DNA of 23,984 nucleotides from Escherichia coli (GTDB lineage Bacteria; Pseudomonadota; Gammaproteobacteria; Enterobacterales; Enterobacteriaceae): NCBI RefSeq assembly GCF_003334305.1, contig NZ_QOWS01000038.1; one strand, 5' to 3'. Shown piece by piece: positions 9,662 to 19,250 of this stretch (position 1 is its first letter; each line of letters starts with the position of its first letter). The notes under the pieces were generated by a model. It saw only the letters and a program-made list of their open reading frames with translations, ran no database searches and was not told where the DNA came from. The position numbers and the translations under genes were made by a program.

Positions 9662-10180
9662 ATGTCCATCCGTTTTGCCCGCAAAGCCGATTGTGCTGCC
9701 ATTGCGGAAATTTATAACCACGCCGTGTTGTATACGGCGGCTATCTGGAATGACCAAACGGTTGATGCAGATAACCGCATTGCCTGGTTTGAAGCGCGGA
9801 CCATAGCAGGTTATCCGGTGCTGGTGAGTGAAGAAGATGGCGTAGTGACGGGATATGCCTCGTTTGGCGACTGGCGTAGTTTCGATGGTTTTCGCCATAC
9901 CGTGGAACATTCGGTTTATGTCCATCCCGATCATCAGGGCAAAGGTCTGGGGCGTAAATTGTTAAGCCGATTGATTGATGAAGCGCGGGATTGCGGGAAG
10001 CATGTCATGGTCGCCGGGATCGAATCGCAAAATCAGGCCTCGCTGCATCTGCACCAGTCGCTGGGATTTGTCGTCACCGCACAAATGCCGCAGGTGGGCA
10101 CTAAATTTGGGCGCTGGCTGGATCTGACATTTATGCAGTTGCAACTCGACGAACGCACTGAACCGGACGCGATTGGATGA
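9662..10180 (+). CDS. mnaT: GNAT-family N-acyltransferase (L-amino acid N-acyltransferase)
   Basis: Supplied ORF 9428..10180; I place the start at ATG 9662 (MSIRFARKADCAAIAEIYNHAV, 172 aa). Acetyl-CoA binding motif QGKGLGRKLL present. Confidence 0.85.
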   Translation: MSIRFARKADCAAIAEIYNHAVLYTAAIWNDQTVDADNRIAWFEARTIAGYPVLVSEEDGVVTGYASFGDWRSFDGFRHTVEHSVYVHPDHQGKGLGRKLLSRLIDEARDCGKHVMVAGIESQNQASLHLHQSLGFVVTAQMPQVGTKFGRWLDLTFMQLQLDERTEPDAIG

Positions 10181-10626
10181 ATCAGTCGCTCACCCTTGCT
10201 TTTTTGATTGCCGCCGGAATTGGTCTGGTAGTCCAGAACACGCTGATGGTGCGCATCACCCAGACCTCCTCTACCATTCTCATCGCCATGTTGCTGAACT
10301 CACTGGTGGGGATTGTGCTCTTTGTTTCTATTTTATGGTTTAAACAAGGCATGGCGGGGTTTGGCGAACTGGTGTCCAGCGTGCGCTGGTGGACACTTAT
10401 ACCCGGCTTGCTGGGATCGTTTTTTGTCTTCGCCAGTATCAGCGGATATCAGAATGTGGGAGCGGCGACAACTATTGCAGTACTGGTCGCCAGCCAGCTA
10501 ATTGGCGGTCTGATGCTGGATATCTTCCGCAGTCATGGCGTACCACTACGGGCGTTGTTCGGCCCAATTTGTGGCGCAATTTTACTTGTGGTTGGCGCCT
10601 GGTTGGTAGCCAGACGCTCATTTTAA
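10177..10626 (+). CDS. ydcZ: small inner membrane protein of unknown function
   Basis: 149-aa hydrophobic ORF whose ATG overlaps the mnaT stop (ATGA), suggesting translational coupling. Confidence 0.8.
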   Translation: MNQSLTLAFLIAAGIGLVVQNTLMVRITQTSSTILIAMLLNSLVGIVLFVSILWFKQGMAGFGELVSSVRWWTLIPGLLGSFFVFASISGYQNVGAATTIAVLVASQLIGGLMLDIFRSHGVPLRALFGPICGAILLVVGAWLVARRSF

Positions 10627-10860
10627 TCAGAGGATGGTGCCGCCTTTGGTTAACTGTTCGTGGCGCGCTTCCATATCTTCTTTATGCTTGCGACCGTGAT
10701 GGGCGATCGCTGTGCGCAGACGTTGCTGCTGGGTGTAGCGATCTTCCCGACTTAACTCCGCGTCATCGCTCAGGGCGATTAATAATTCGTTCATATGGGC
10801 AATGACGCTCTCTTCAATCGCGGCATCCACGCGCGCGATGACTTCATCCAGATGCGACAT
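10627..10860 (-). CDS. ydcY: small soluble protein of unknown function
   Basis: 77-aa ORF; its stop codon abuts the ydcZ stop with no intergenic gap (convergent). Confidence 0.7.
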   Translation of the reverse strand: MSHLDEVIARVDAAIEESVIAHMNELLIALSDDAELSREDRYTQQQRLRTAIAHHGRKHKEDMEARHEQLTKGGTIL

Positions 10861-10945
10861 ACTTTCTCCTTAGCCACTTGTGAAATTTATCGATTCATCC
10901 AAATGATATAAGTCTGCGTGGTGCCGTCAAGCCAGTGAGTAAGAT

Positions 10946-11119
10946 TTAAAACAGTGAAAACAACAGCGCCACCGGGAAACTCATCGGCCATGTTGCCCCC
11001 ACCAGAAAGGCGCTTAAGAAACGGATGCGTTTCTTATCGTGAGAAAGAAACCAGGTGATAAGAAATGCGATTGCTGCCATAACCGCATAAAAAACAAGCA
11101 TGTGTTGATAGAGAGACAT
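10946..11119 (-). CDS. ortT: orphan membrane toxin OrtT (GhoT-like small membrane-damaging peptide)
   Basis: Supplied ORF 10946..11194; I place the start at ATG 11117-11119 (MSLYQHMLVFYAVMAAIAFLITWFLSHDKKRIRFLSAFLVGATWPMSFPVALLFSLF, 57 aa, two predicted TM helices). Confidence 0.75.
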   Translation of the reverse strand: MSLYQHMLVFYAVMAAIAFLITWFLSHDKKRIRFLSAFLVGATWPMSFPVALLFSLF

Positions 11120-11313
11120 GTACGGGCGTCCAGCCAGATGAATAAAACGCGCGCAAATATGCGTCATTTTTTGACGTGCATCAAGTTTTTTCACCAGTTT
11201 GAGAAAAAATCATCAAACAGCAACTTGCCCTTATTCATCTTCAGAATGAGTATTATTGCGGATTTTCTTAACCCGTACTATACACATAGGGGCAATGATA
11301 AAAGGTGGCAAAA

Positions 11314-11409
11314 ATGAATGTTTCCAGTAGAACTGTAGTACTGATAAATGTCTTTGCTGCTGTTGGTTTGTTTACTCTTATCTCTATGAGATTTGGCTGG
11401 TTTATTTGA
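11314..11409 (+). CDS. yncL: 31-aa small membrane protein
   Basis: Hand-found ORF below the track size cutoff: ATG at 11314 preceded by AAGGTGG Shine-Dalgarno at about 5 nt spacing; MNVSSRTVVLINVFAAVGLFTLISMRFGWFI with one predicted TM helix. Matches recalled K-12 small protein YncL. Confidence 0.65.
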   Translation: MNVSSRTVVLINVFAAVGLFTLISMRFGWFI

Positions 11410-11431
11410 TGTAGTGATTTTGCACGCAGCA

Positions 11432-11466
11432 CGTACTGTCAGAGAAATCAGTGCTCTGACAGTACG
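11432..11466. other. perfect 13-bp inverted repeat between convergent yncL and patD
   Basis: CGTACTGTCAGAG / aaatcagtg / CTCTGACAGTACG; no clear U-tract on either strand, so terminator function is uncertain. Confidence 0.4.
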
Positions 11467-11505
11467 CAAGATCATCTCATACTCTTACGATCTGCAATAT
11501 TATCC

Positions 11506-12930
11506 TTAATGTTTAACCATGACGTGGCGGACGACGGTGTAATCCTCCAGCCCATAAAGTGACATATCCTTGCCGTAACCAGAAAGTTTCTGCCCACCGT
11601 GCGGCATTTCACTTACCAGCATGAAATGGGTATTGACCCAGGTACAACCATATTGCAGCCGTGCGCTGACGCGATGCGCCCTGCCCACATCTTTCGTCCA
11701 TACCGAAGATGCAAGTCCGTACTGGCTGTCATTCGCCCAGTTCACCACCTGTTCTTCGTTGTCGAAGGGCGTAACACTCACTACTGGACCAAATACCTCT
11801 TTTTGCACGATGGCATCGTCCTGTAATGCGCCAGCCAGCAGCGTCGGCGCATAGTAATAGCCATTACCCTTGCGCTTTTCACCGCCAGTGATCACTTTGA
11901 TGTGCCCTGTCGCTTTCGCCTCTTCTACTGCCTTGCTGACGCGTTCGAGATGCGCCAGCGAGCTTAAAGGTCCAAGCTCCGTAGACTCGTCATCCGGCGC
12001 ACCAGATTTTAACGTTGCCACCGCAGCACCCAGTTTTTCCACCAGCGTATCGTAAATGCCTTTTTGCGCGTAGATCCGACAAGCCGCAGTACAATCCTGT
12101 CCAGCATTGTAATAGCCAAATGTACGTACACCTTCGACCACTGCTTCAATATCCGCATCATCAAAAACAATCACTGGCGCTTTGCCACCAAGTTCCATAT
12201 GAGTACGCTTAATGGACGACGCGGTATGGCTGATGATGTGCTCGCCGGTGGCGATAGAGCCCGTCAGCGACACCATCCGCACTTTGGGATGACCGGTCAG
12301 CGGATCACCCACCGTTTTGCCTCTGCCAAACAGTACGTTAATCACGCCTGCCGGGAAGATATCTTTCGCCAGCTCTGCCAACTTCAACGCGGTCAGCGGG
12401 GTAATTTCTGATGGTTTAAGCACTACGCAGTTCCCTGCCGCCAGCGCCGGAGCCAGTTTCCACGCTGCCATCATCAGCGGATAATTCCACGGTGCGATAG
12501 AAGCCACGACCCCCAACGGATCGCGACGGATCATCGAAGTATGACCTTCAAGATATTCACCTGCCGCCAGACCATTCAGACAGCGCGCCGCACCCGCGAA
12601 AAAGCGAAAAACATCGACAATCGCCGGGATTTCATCATTGAACGCACTATGCAGCGGTTTGCCACAATTACGGGACTCCAGTTCGGCAAAAACCTGACCA
12701 TTTTCTTCGATAACATCAGCCAGTTTCAGCAGACATTCCGCACGCACTTTCGGCGTGGTTTGCCCCCATTCGGCAAATGCTGCATCTGCCGCGCGCACAG
12801 CAGCATCTACCTGCTCTGCGGATGCCTCTGCAATCTCCAGTAAAACGTCCCCCGTTGCCGGATTATAGACAGGCTGTTTTTCCCCTTCGCCGCTAACCAG
12901 TTCTCCGTTAATCAGTAACTTATGTTGCAT
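11506..12930 (-). CDS. patD: gamma-aminobutyraldehyde dehydrogenase (aldehyde dehydrogenase family)
   Basis: 474-aa ORF with ALDH signatures (catalytic region MELGGKAP and cysteine region NAGQDCTAA). Confidence 0.92.
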   Translation of the reverse strand: MQHKLLINGELVSGEGEKQPVYNPATGDVLLEIAEASAEQVDAAVRAADAAFAEWGQTTPKVRAECLLKLADVIEENGQVFAELESRNCGKPLHSAFNDEIPAIVDVFRFFAGAARCLNGLAAGEYLEGHTSMIRRDPLGVVASIAPWNYPLMMAAWKLAPALAAGNCVVLKPSEITPLTALKLAELAKDIFPAGVINVLFGRGKTVGDPLTGHPKVRMVSLTGSIATGEHIISHTASSIKRTHMELGGKAPVIVFDDADIEAVVEGVRTFGYYNAGQDCTAACRIYAQKGIYDTLVEKLGAAVATLKSGAPDDESTELGPLSSLAHLERVSKAVEEAKATGHIKVITGGEKRKGNGYYYAPTLLAGALQDDAIVQKEVFGPVVSVTPFDNEEQVVNWANDSQYGLASSVWTKDVGRAHRVSARLQYGCTWVNTHFMLVSEMPHGGQKLSGYGKDMSLYGLEDYTVVRHVMVKH

Positions 12931-12951
12931 AGCATATTCCTGTATCAGTGG

Positions 12952-13746
12952 TTATTGACCATTGTCGCCTTCGCGGGTTAGCCACCAGGCCCCCAGGATC
13001 GGCAAGGTTGTTACCAACATAACCAGCAGTGCCACCACGTTAGTTACCGGTACATCACGCGGTCGCCCAAGCTGATTGAGCAACCACAACGGTAACGTTC
13101 GTTCATGACCTGCCGTAAAAGTCGTAACGATGATTTCATCGAACGACAAGGCAAACGCCAGCATTCCTCCTGCCAGTAGCGCCGAACTGAGATTCGGCAA
13201 CACTACGTAGCGGAAGGTTTGCCAGCCATTGGCCCCAAGATCCATTGACGCCTCAACCAGACTCCACGAGGTGCGGCGAAAACGGGCGATGACATTGTTA
13301 AACACCACCACTACGCAAAAAGTCGCATGACCGACCACGATGGTGAAAAATCCCGGCTCCAGATTGATGGTTTTAAAAGCGGTTAATAGCGCCAGACCAG
13401 TGACAATGCCCGGCAGCGCAATGGGCAGCAGCAGTAACAGCGAAATGGCGTTTTTGCCGAAAAAGTCTCGTCGCCACAGCGCGGCAGCTGCCAGCGTCCC
13501 TAACACCAGCGCAATTAATGTCGCCAGCGCCGCCACTTTAAGTGACAGTGTCACGGCATCAAGAATATCACTACGCTGTGCTGCCACGCTAAACCAGCGC
13601 AGCGTCAGGCCCTGCGGTGGAAAACTAAACGCCGCATCTTCAGTGTTAAACGCATAAGCGGCGATAATCAGGATGGGAAAATGTAGGAAAACCACGCCGC
13701 CCCAGGCCGCCAGTTTGAGGAAAAACGGTGCGCGTTCAGAGTGCAT
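12952..13746 (-). CDS. ydcV: ABC transporter permease (spermidine/putrescine-type)
   Basis: 264-aa multi-pass membrane ORF; overlaps the upstream ydcU by 11 bp. Confidence 0.88.
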
Positions 13747-14677
13747 CGAACGCTCCCAGACGTTTCACGAACGCCAGGTACAGTGCGATGAGAACAATCG
13801 GCACCAGGGTGAATGCCGCCGCCATCGGCATATTGCCAATCGCCCCCTGCTGGGAATAAACCATATTGCCGATAAAATATCCTGGAGGACCAACCAGCTG
13901 CGGGACGATAAAATCGCCCAGTGTGAGTGAGAAGGTAAAGATAGAGCCAGCGGCAATACCCGGGATTGCCAGCGGCAGCACCACATAGCGAAAGGTTTGT
14001 CGTGGACGTGCGCCGAGATCAGCCGACGCCTGCAACAATGACGGCGGCAAACGCTCAAGCGCCGCCTGAACGGGCAGGATCATGAACGGCAACCAGATAT
14101 AGAGAAACACCAGAAAGCGCCCCAGCCCGGAAGTTGACAGCGTATTTCCGCCCACCGCAGGTAATGTAAGGAACGCAGTCAGCAGTGGTTCCAGCCCAAG
14201 ATGTTGTAAAAACCACTGAGCCACGCCATCTTTTGCCAGCAATAACGTCCAGGCATAGGCTTTAACAATGTAGCTCGCCCACATCGGCAACATTACCGCA
14301 ATATAAAAAAAAGCTTTCATTTTCCCGCTGGTATAGCGCGCCATATACCACGCCATTGGAAAAGCCAGAATGGCGCTGGCGATAGTGACTGCCACAGCCA
14401 TAGTCAGCGTGCGGAGAATGATGTCGTAATTCGCCGGATTAAACAGCGCACGGATATTCGCCAGCGTCAGTTCCGGCGTTACCGACATGGTGAAATCGTC
14501 AAAAGTATAAAATCCCTGCCATAACAGTGTCAGCAGCGAGCCGAAATAGACAATGCCAAACCACATTAGCGGGCCAAGCAGCAGTAAAAACAGCCCCAGC
14601 CCCGGATTACGCCAGAAGAAACCGGACACCTTACCCAGACCTGGACGTGAAGGTGATTGCAATACATTCATCGCCAT
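13736..14677 (-). CDS. ydcU: ABC transporter permease (spermidine/putrescine-type)
   Basis: 313-aa multi-pass membrane ORF; its start directly abuts the ydcT stop. Confidence 0.88.
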
Positions 14678-15691
14678 TCACCTCTCCTCAACCAGCGGCA
14701 CCATCACATCACGCGACCAGGAAACCATCACCTGTTGTCCGGGCGTGAGCGTGGCAGGCAGTTCTTCGCCTGTCATATTGGCCTGACTCACAAGCAGTGT
14801 TTCACCGCCGTTCAATTTCAGTTCAAAACGAGTTGCCGCGCCCTGATATTGCACCGCCTGGATCGTGCCATTGGCCTGCAGTTCACCAGGGGTGTTGAGG
14901 CGGATATGTTCCGGTCGCAGGGCGAAGCTTCCCGTCATGCCACAAAGTTTCTCTGCCATCAGTCCATCAAAAACATTCGATGTACCAACGAACCCGGCAA
15001 CAAACGGCGTGCGCGGGCGCATATAGAGATCGCGCGGGGAATCGACCTGCTCAATGCGTCCATTATTGAAAACCGCCACACGATCGGACATCGATAACGC
15101 TTCGCCCTGATCGTGGGTAACGAAGATAAAAGTGATACCGAGAGACTGTTGCAGTTTTTTCAGTTCCAGCTGCATCTGCTCACGCAATTTGAGATCCAGT
15201 GCGCCGAGCGGTTCATCCAACAGCAATACGCGCGGTTCATTCACCAATGCTCTGGCGATAGCAACCCGCTGGCGCTGACCACCAGAAAGTTGTGACGGTT
15301 TACGTTGCTGTACAAACCCCAACGCCACTTTCTCCAGCGCCTCTTGCGCCATTGCGTGCCGCTGCTTTTTATTCACGCCTTTGACCATCAGCCCATAGGC
15401 GACATTGTCAAGAATCGACATATGCGGAAATAGCGCGTAGTCCTGAAAGACAGTATTCACGTCCCGCTCCCACGGTGGCAGATTGCTGGCGGGTTTACCA
15501 AAGATAGAGATAGCCCCGCCGGAAAGCTGTTCGAAGCCAGCAATCAGGCGCAGGCAGGTGGTTTTGCCGGAGCCGGACGGCCCCAGCATAGAGAAGAACT
15601 CACCATCTTTTATCGCAATACTGACGCCATCTACTGCGCGCACGTCACCGTACAACCGCGAGACGTTGTCAAACTCCACTGCGTACGTCAT
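14678..15691 (-). CDS. ydcT: ABC transporter ATP-binding protein
   Basis: 337-aa ORF with Walker A (GPSGSGKTT), ABC signature (LSGGQRQRV) and Walker B (LLLDEP). Confidence 0.9.
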   Translation of the reverse strand: MTYAVEFDNVSRLYGDVRAVDGVSIAIKDGEFFSMLGPSGSGKTTCLRLIAGFEQLSGGAISIFGKPASNLPPWERDVNTVFQDYALFPHMSILDNVAYGLMVKGVNKKQRHAMAQEALEKVALGFVQQRKPSQLSGGQRQRVAIARALVNEPRVLLLDEPLGALDLKLREQMQLELKKLQQSLGITFIFVTHDQGEALSMSDRVAVFNNGRIEQVDSPRDLYMRPRTPFVAGFVGTSNVFDGLMAEKLCGMTGSFALRPEHIRLNTPGELQANGTIQAVQYQGAATRFELKLNGGETLLVSQANMTGEELPATLTPGQQVMVSWSRDVMVPLVEER

Positions 15692-15708
15692 AAAGCACCC
15701 CAGCGAAG

Positions 15709-16854
15709 TTAGCGACCGCCCATAATGGCAATGTAATCCTGCGTCCAGCGACTGTAGGGAACAAACTTGCCCCCTTCTGCTATAGGCGTTTTCCAGAAGG
15801 CGATTTTGTCGAAATAGTTAAAACCGTTGGTTTCACAACCTTTTTCGCCTAATAACGGACTGGCTTTACACCCTTCCGGCACTACCGGTAACGAGCCAAA
15901 CCAGGCCGCCACATCGCCCTGCACTTTTGGCGTTAATGACCAGTTCATCCATTTGTAGGCGCAAACCGGATGTTTCGCTTCGCTATGCAGCATGGTGGTA
16001 TCAGCCCAACCGGTAACACCCTCCTTCGGGAAAACGGTAGCAACAGGCTGGCCTTCGGCTTTCAGGGCGTTGGCCTGATAGGGCCAGGCACTGGAAGCAA
16101 CCACACCCTCGTTTTTGAAATCGCTCATTTGCACGGTAGTGTCATGCCAGTAGCGATGGATCAAACTGTGTTGAGCGCGCAGCACTTTCAGCACCGCCTG
16201 GTACTGTTCTTCGGTTAGTTGATACGGATCGCTGATGCCCAACTGCGGCTGAGTGGCTTTAACGAACAACGCAGCGTCCGCAATGTAGATAGGGCCATCA
16301 TAAGCCTGAACGCGGCCTTTATTGCTCTTGCCGTCCGGCAGATTTTGCTCAACAAAAACCACTTGCCAGCTATCCGGCGGCGTCGGGAAGGTTTTAGTGT
16401 TGTACATCAGCAGGTTCGGCCCCCATTGGTAAGGTGTGCCGTAAACTTTGCCGCCAACATTAAACCAGTCGCCTTTAACCACGCGCGGATCGAGCGTTTT
16501 CCAGTTGGGAATCAAGGCGGTATTAATCGGCTGCACGCGTTTGCCCATAATCAAACGCAGCGAGGCATCGCCGGATGCCGTAACCAGATCGTAACCCCCT
16601 TTGGTCATCAGACTGACCATTTCATCGGAAGTCGCGGCGGTTTTCACATTCACCGCGCAGCCTGTCTCTTTTTCAAATTGCGTTACCCAGTCGTATTGTT
16701 TATCATTTTGTCCGCGTTCGATGTATCCCGGCCAGGCGATAATATCCAGTCGCCCTTCCGGTTTATCTAAATTGGTAGGTGGTTCGGCGGCGTGAGCGGT
16801 CATTATTGTCATGCTGAGCGCACACAGGCTGCTGCGGGCAAATGTCTTGCTCAT
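15709..16854 (-). CDS. ydcS: periplasmic substrate-binding protein of the ABC system (polyamine-binding family)
   Basis: 381-aa ORF with signal peptide (MSKTFARSSLCALSMTIMTAHA); first gene of the co-directional ydcS-ydcT-ydcU-ydcV-patD run. Confidence 0.88.
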   Translation of the reverse strand: MSKTFARSSLCALSMTIMTAHAAEPPTNLDKPEGRLDIIAWPGYIERGQNDKQYDWVTQFEKETGCAVNVKTAATSDEMVSLMTKGGYDLVTASGDASLRLIMGKRVQPINTALIPNWKTLDPRVVKGDWFNVGGKVYGTPYQWGPNLLMYNTKTFPTPPDSWQVVFVEQNLPDGKSNKGRVQAYDGPIYIADAALFVKATQPQLGISDPYQLTEEQYQAVLKVLRAQHSLIHRYWHDTTVQMSDFKNEGVVASSAWPYQANALKAEGQPVATVFPKEGVTGWADTTMLHSEAKHPVCAYKWMNWSLTPKVQGDVAAWFGSLPVVPEGCKASPLLGEKGCETNGFNYFDKIAFWKTPIAEGGKFVPYSRWTQDYIAIMGGR

Positions 16855-16885
16855 AAAGTCTTACTCCTGTCGTAATTAATTGTTC

Positions 16886-16934
16886 AGCCGCCGTGCCGTA
16901 AAAATATCTCCTTGTTTAACCATAGACGGCGGCT
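16886..16934. promoter_or_regulatory. 9-bp inverted repeat in the ydcR-ydcS intergenic region, candidate regulator binding site
   Basis: AGCCGCCGT at 16886-16894 and ACGGCGGCT at 16926-16934 with a 31-nt AT-rich spacer; lies upstream of ydcS on the minus strand. Confidence 0.3.
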
Positions 16935-17098
16935 AGCAGGCACACCTTCGCCCCTGAGAAAATTTAATCAGGTTGTGAGCTACCGCGCATTATGCCGTCT
17001 GTAAGGTTATCTTCTGGAGTATAGACAAGGGGTTAGGAAATATGACTGCTATTCGAAATTCATATTACCCAATCTAAGAGGAATTAAATTAAACGCTA

Positions 17099-18505
17099 TT
17101 ACAGCCGTTCTTGAATAAGTTTGCCTAATTGTTTTACCGCCTGTTCTTCACGTTCTCCCCACTGCCACGCGGTATTAAAACGAAAAAAACGTGACCAGTT
17201 TTCACCGGTAGAAAACATTTTACCCGGCGCAATACTGATATGATGCGTCAGTGCCGCCAGGCTTAATTCGCCGGCATCTAACGGCTCGGGGAGCTCCAGC
17301 CAGAGAAAATAACCGCTGTCACTATGATGAATTTTAACTTCCGCAGGCAGATAACGCAGCAGTGCCTGCCAGGCACGTTGTTTACGTTCCGCAAGCTGGC
17401 GACGCAGGCGACGAAGATGGGCGTCGTATCGGCGCGTGGAAAGGTAATCCACCAGCGCAAGTTGCATCGGTGAGCTGGTGGAAAGCGTACTCATCAACTG
17501 CAAGCGTTGAATTTTACGTGCATGTTTTCCGGCGGCGACCCAACCAATACGAAAACCAGGCACCAGACATTTCGAAAACGAAGAGCAATGCAAAACGCCA
17601 TCGTGGCGATCCCACGCTTTCGCAGGCAGCGGTTTTTCCCGTCCAAAATAAAGTTCGCTGTAAACGTCATCTTCAATCAGCGTTACGTTGTACTGATTGA
17701 GTAACGCCACCAGTTGTGCTTTTTTTTGCGGCGTTAAGGTAAATCCGAGTGGGTTCTGGCTATTAGTCATCAGCCAGCACGCTTTCACCGGATAATCCTG
17801 CAACGCCAGTTCCAGCGCCTGAAGATCGATCCCTTCTTTAACATCCGTCGCCACCGATAACGCCTTCAGCCGTAGCCGCTCCAGCGCCTGCAACGCACCG
17901 TAGAAACAAGGATTCTCTACTATCACCCAATCGCCCGGTTCAGTTACCGCTTGCAAACTGAGGTTTAATGCCTCTAACGCCCCGGCAGTAATGACAATTT
18001 CATCAGGAGAAATGGTGATGCCCTGTAAGGCATAGCGACGAGCAATAGCCTGACGCAGTTCTGCGTTTCCTGGCGGTAAGTTTTCAATCACGCTCATCGC
18101 TGTGGCGGTTTTGCTTACCTGCGCCAGCGAGCGGTTTAGTTGTTGGAGGGGGAAAAGTCGCGGGTCGGGAAAGGCCGAGGCAAACGGAACGACCGACGGA
18201 TCGCGACTGGCCTGCAACATATCAAAAATATAAGTGTTGATATCGACTGCTTCATCTCGAGTGACTGGAATGACTGGCGCTTTCGGCATTTTTATTGCCT
18301 GTGGCGCAACGTAATAACCCGACTGCGGTCGCGCGATAATATATCCCAGACTTTCGAGCAACTGATAGGCATGGCTGACAGTCATAAAGCTCATGCCAGA
18401 AAGCGCCACCTGGTCACGCAACGAAGGCAAACGATCGCCGGGTTGCCAGATACCCGACGCAATCTGCTCGCGTAATTGTTCTGCAAGCTGCTGGTATTTT
18501 TTCAT
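17099..18505 (-). CDS. ydcR: MocR-family regulator: GntR-type HTH fused to a PLP aminotransferase-like domain
   Basis: 468-aa ORF; N-terminal HTH (LPSLRDQVALSGMSFMTVSHAYQLL) and a C-terminal aminotransferase-fold region with a conserved lysine (SFSKCLVPGFRIGWV). Confidence 0.88.
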   Translation of the reverse strand: MKKYQQLAEQLREQIASGIWQPGDRLPSLRDQVALSGMSFMTVSHAYQLLESLGYIIARPQSGYYVAPQAIKMPKAPVIPVTRDEAVDINTYIFDMLQASRDPSVVPFASAFPDPRLFPLQQLNRSLAQVSKTATAMSVIENLPPGNAELRQAIARRYALQGITISPDEIVITAGALEALNLSLQAVTEPGDWVIVENPCFYGALQALERLRLKALSVATDVKEGIDLQALELALQDYPVKACWLMTNSQNPLGFTLTPQKKAQLVALLNQYNVTLIEDDVYSELYFGREKPLPAKAWDRHDGVLHCSSFSKCLVPGFRIGWVAAGKHARKIQRLQLMSTLSTSSPMQLALVDYLSTRRYDAHLRRLRRQLAERKQRAWQALLRYLPAEVKIHHSDSGYFLWLELPEPLDAGELSLAALTHHISIAPGKMFSTGENWSRFFRFNTAWQWGEREEQAVKQLGKLIQERL

Positions 18506-18583
18506 TATCGAATCGTAATTATGTGCAGATGATTCGGCAGTCTATATCAGTTGTTAAAAATGACAACTTTTCGTTAACTGTAA

Positions 18584-19021
<438 letters not shown>

Positions 19022-19045
19022 GTCATTAACCTTTTTAATTGGCGA

Positions 19046-19200
19046 TTAACTCAAACCGAGTTGTTTCAGGATTGCTTTACGCAGGGGTGACGCGGCATGA
19101 CACTGCGCCTCCCATGAGACCTGAGTTTCAAATGGTTGCTGCCATTCGCTACATCGACGCCCTGAGATTCGAGCCAACGTCTGAACTCGCTTTGTTTCAC
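19046..19200 (-). pseudogene. hicA: hicA toxin gene disrupted by a frameshift (apparent 22-nt deletion)
   Basis: From GTG 19198-19200 (GGGAGG Shine-Dalgarno upstream) the frame reads MKQSEFRRWLESQGVDVANGSNHLKLRSHGRRSVMPRHPCVKQS then stops at 19066-19068. The conserved HicA C-terminus PLRKAILKQLGLS is encoded in a different frame ending at 19046. Recalled intact HicA reads ...PRHPCDEIKEPLRKAILKQLGLS. Confidence 0.7.
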
Positions 19201-19232
19201 ATCGCCTCCCTGCCGCTGAGTATATCAACAAA

Positions 19233-19250
19233 GTAAACATTAGTGTTTAC
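19233..19250. promoter_or_regulatory. palindrome upstream of hicA, candidate HicB operator
   Basis: GTAAACA ttag TGTTTAC: perfect 7-bp arms with a 4-bp spacer, about 33 bp upstream of the hicA GTG. Confidence 0.45.

Noticed and set aside
16219-16770. 183-aa + strand ORF
   Set aside because: Antisense within ydcS.
16970-16992. Possible CRP half-site (TGTGAgctaccGCGCA) upstream of ydcS
   Set aside because: Only one half-site matches the consensus; too weak to call without a matrix score.
19046-19240. 64-aa ORF as called in the track for the hicA locus
   Set aside because: Its start lies inside the operator-like palindrome and its N-terminal 50 residues do not resemble HicA; only the last 13 residues are HicA sequence. 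Better explained as the downstream frame of a frameshifted hicA.
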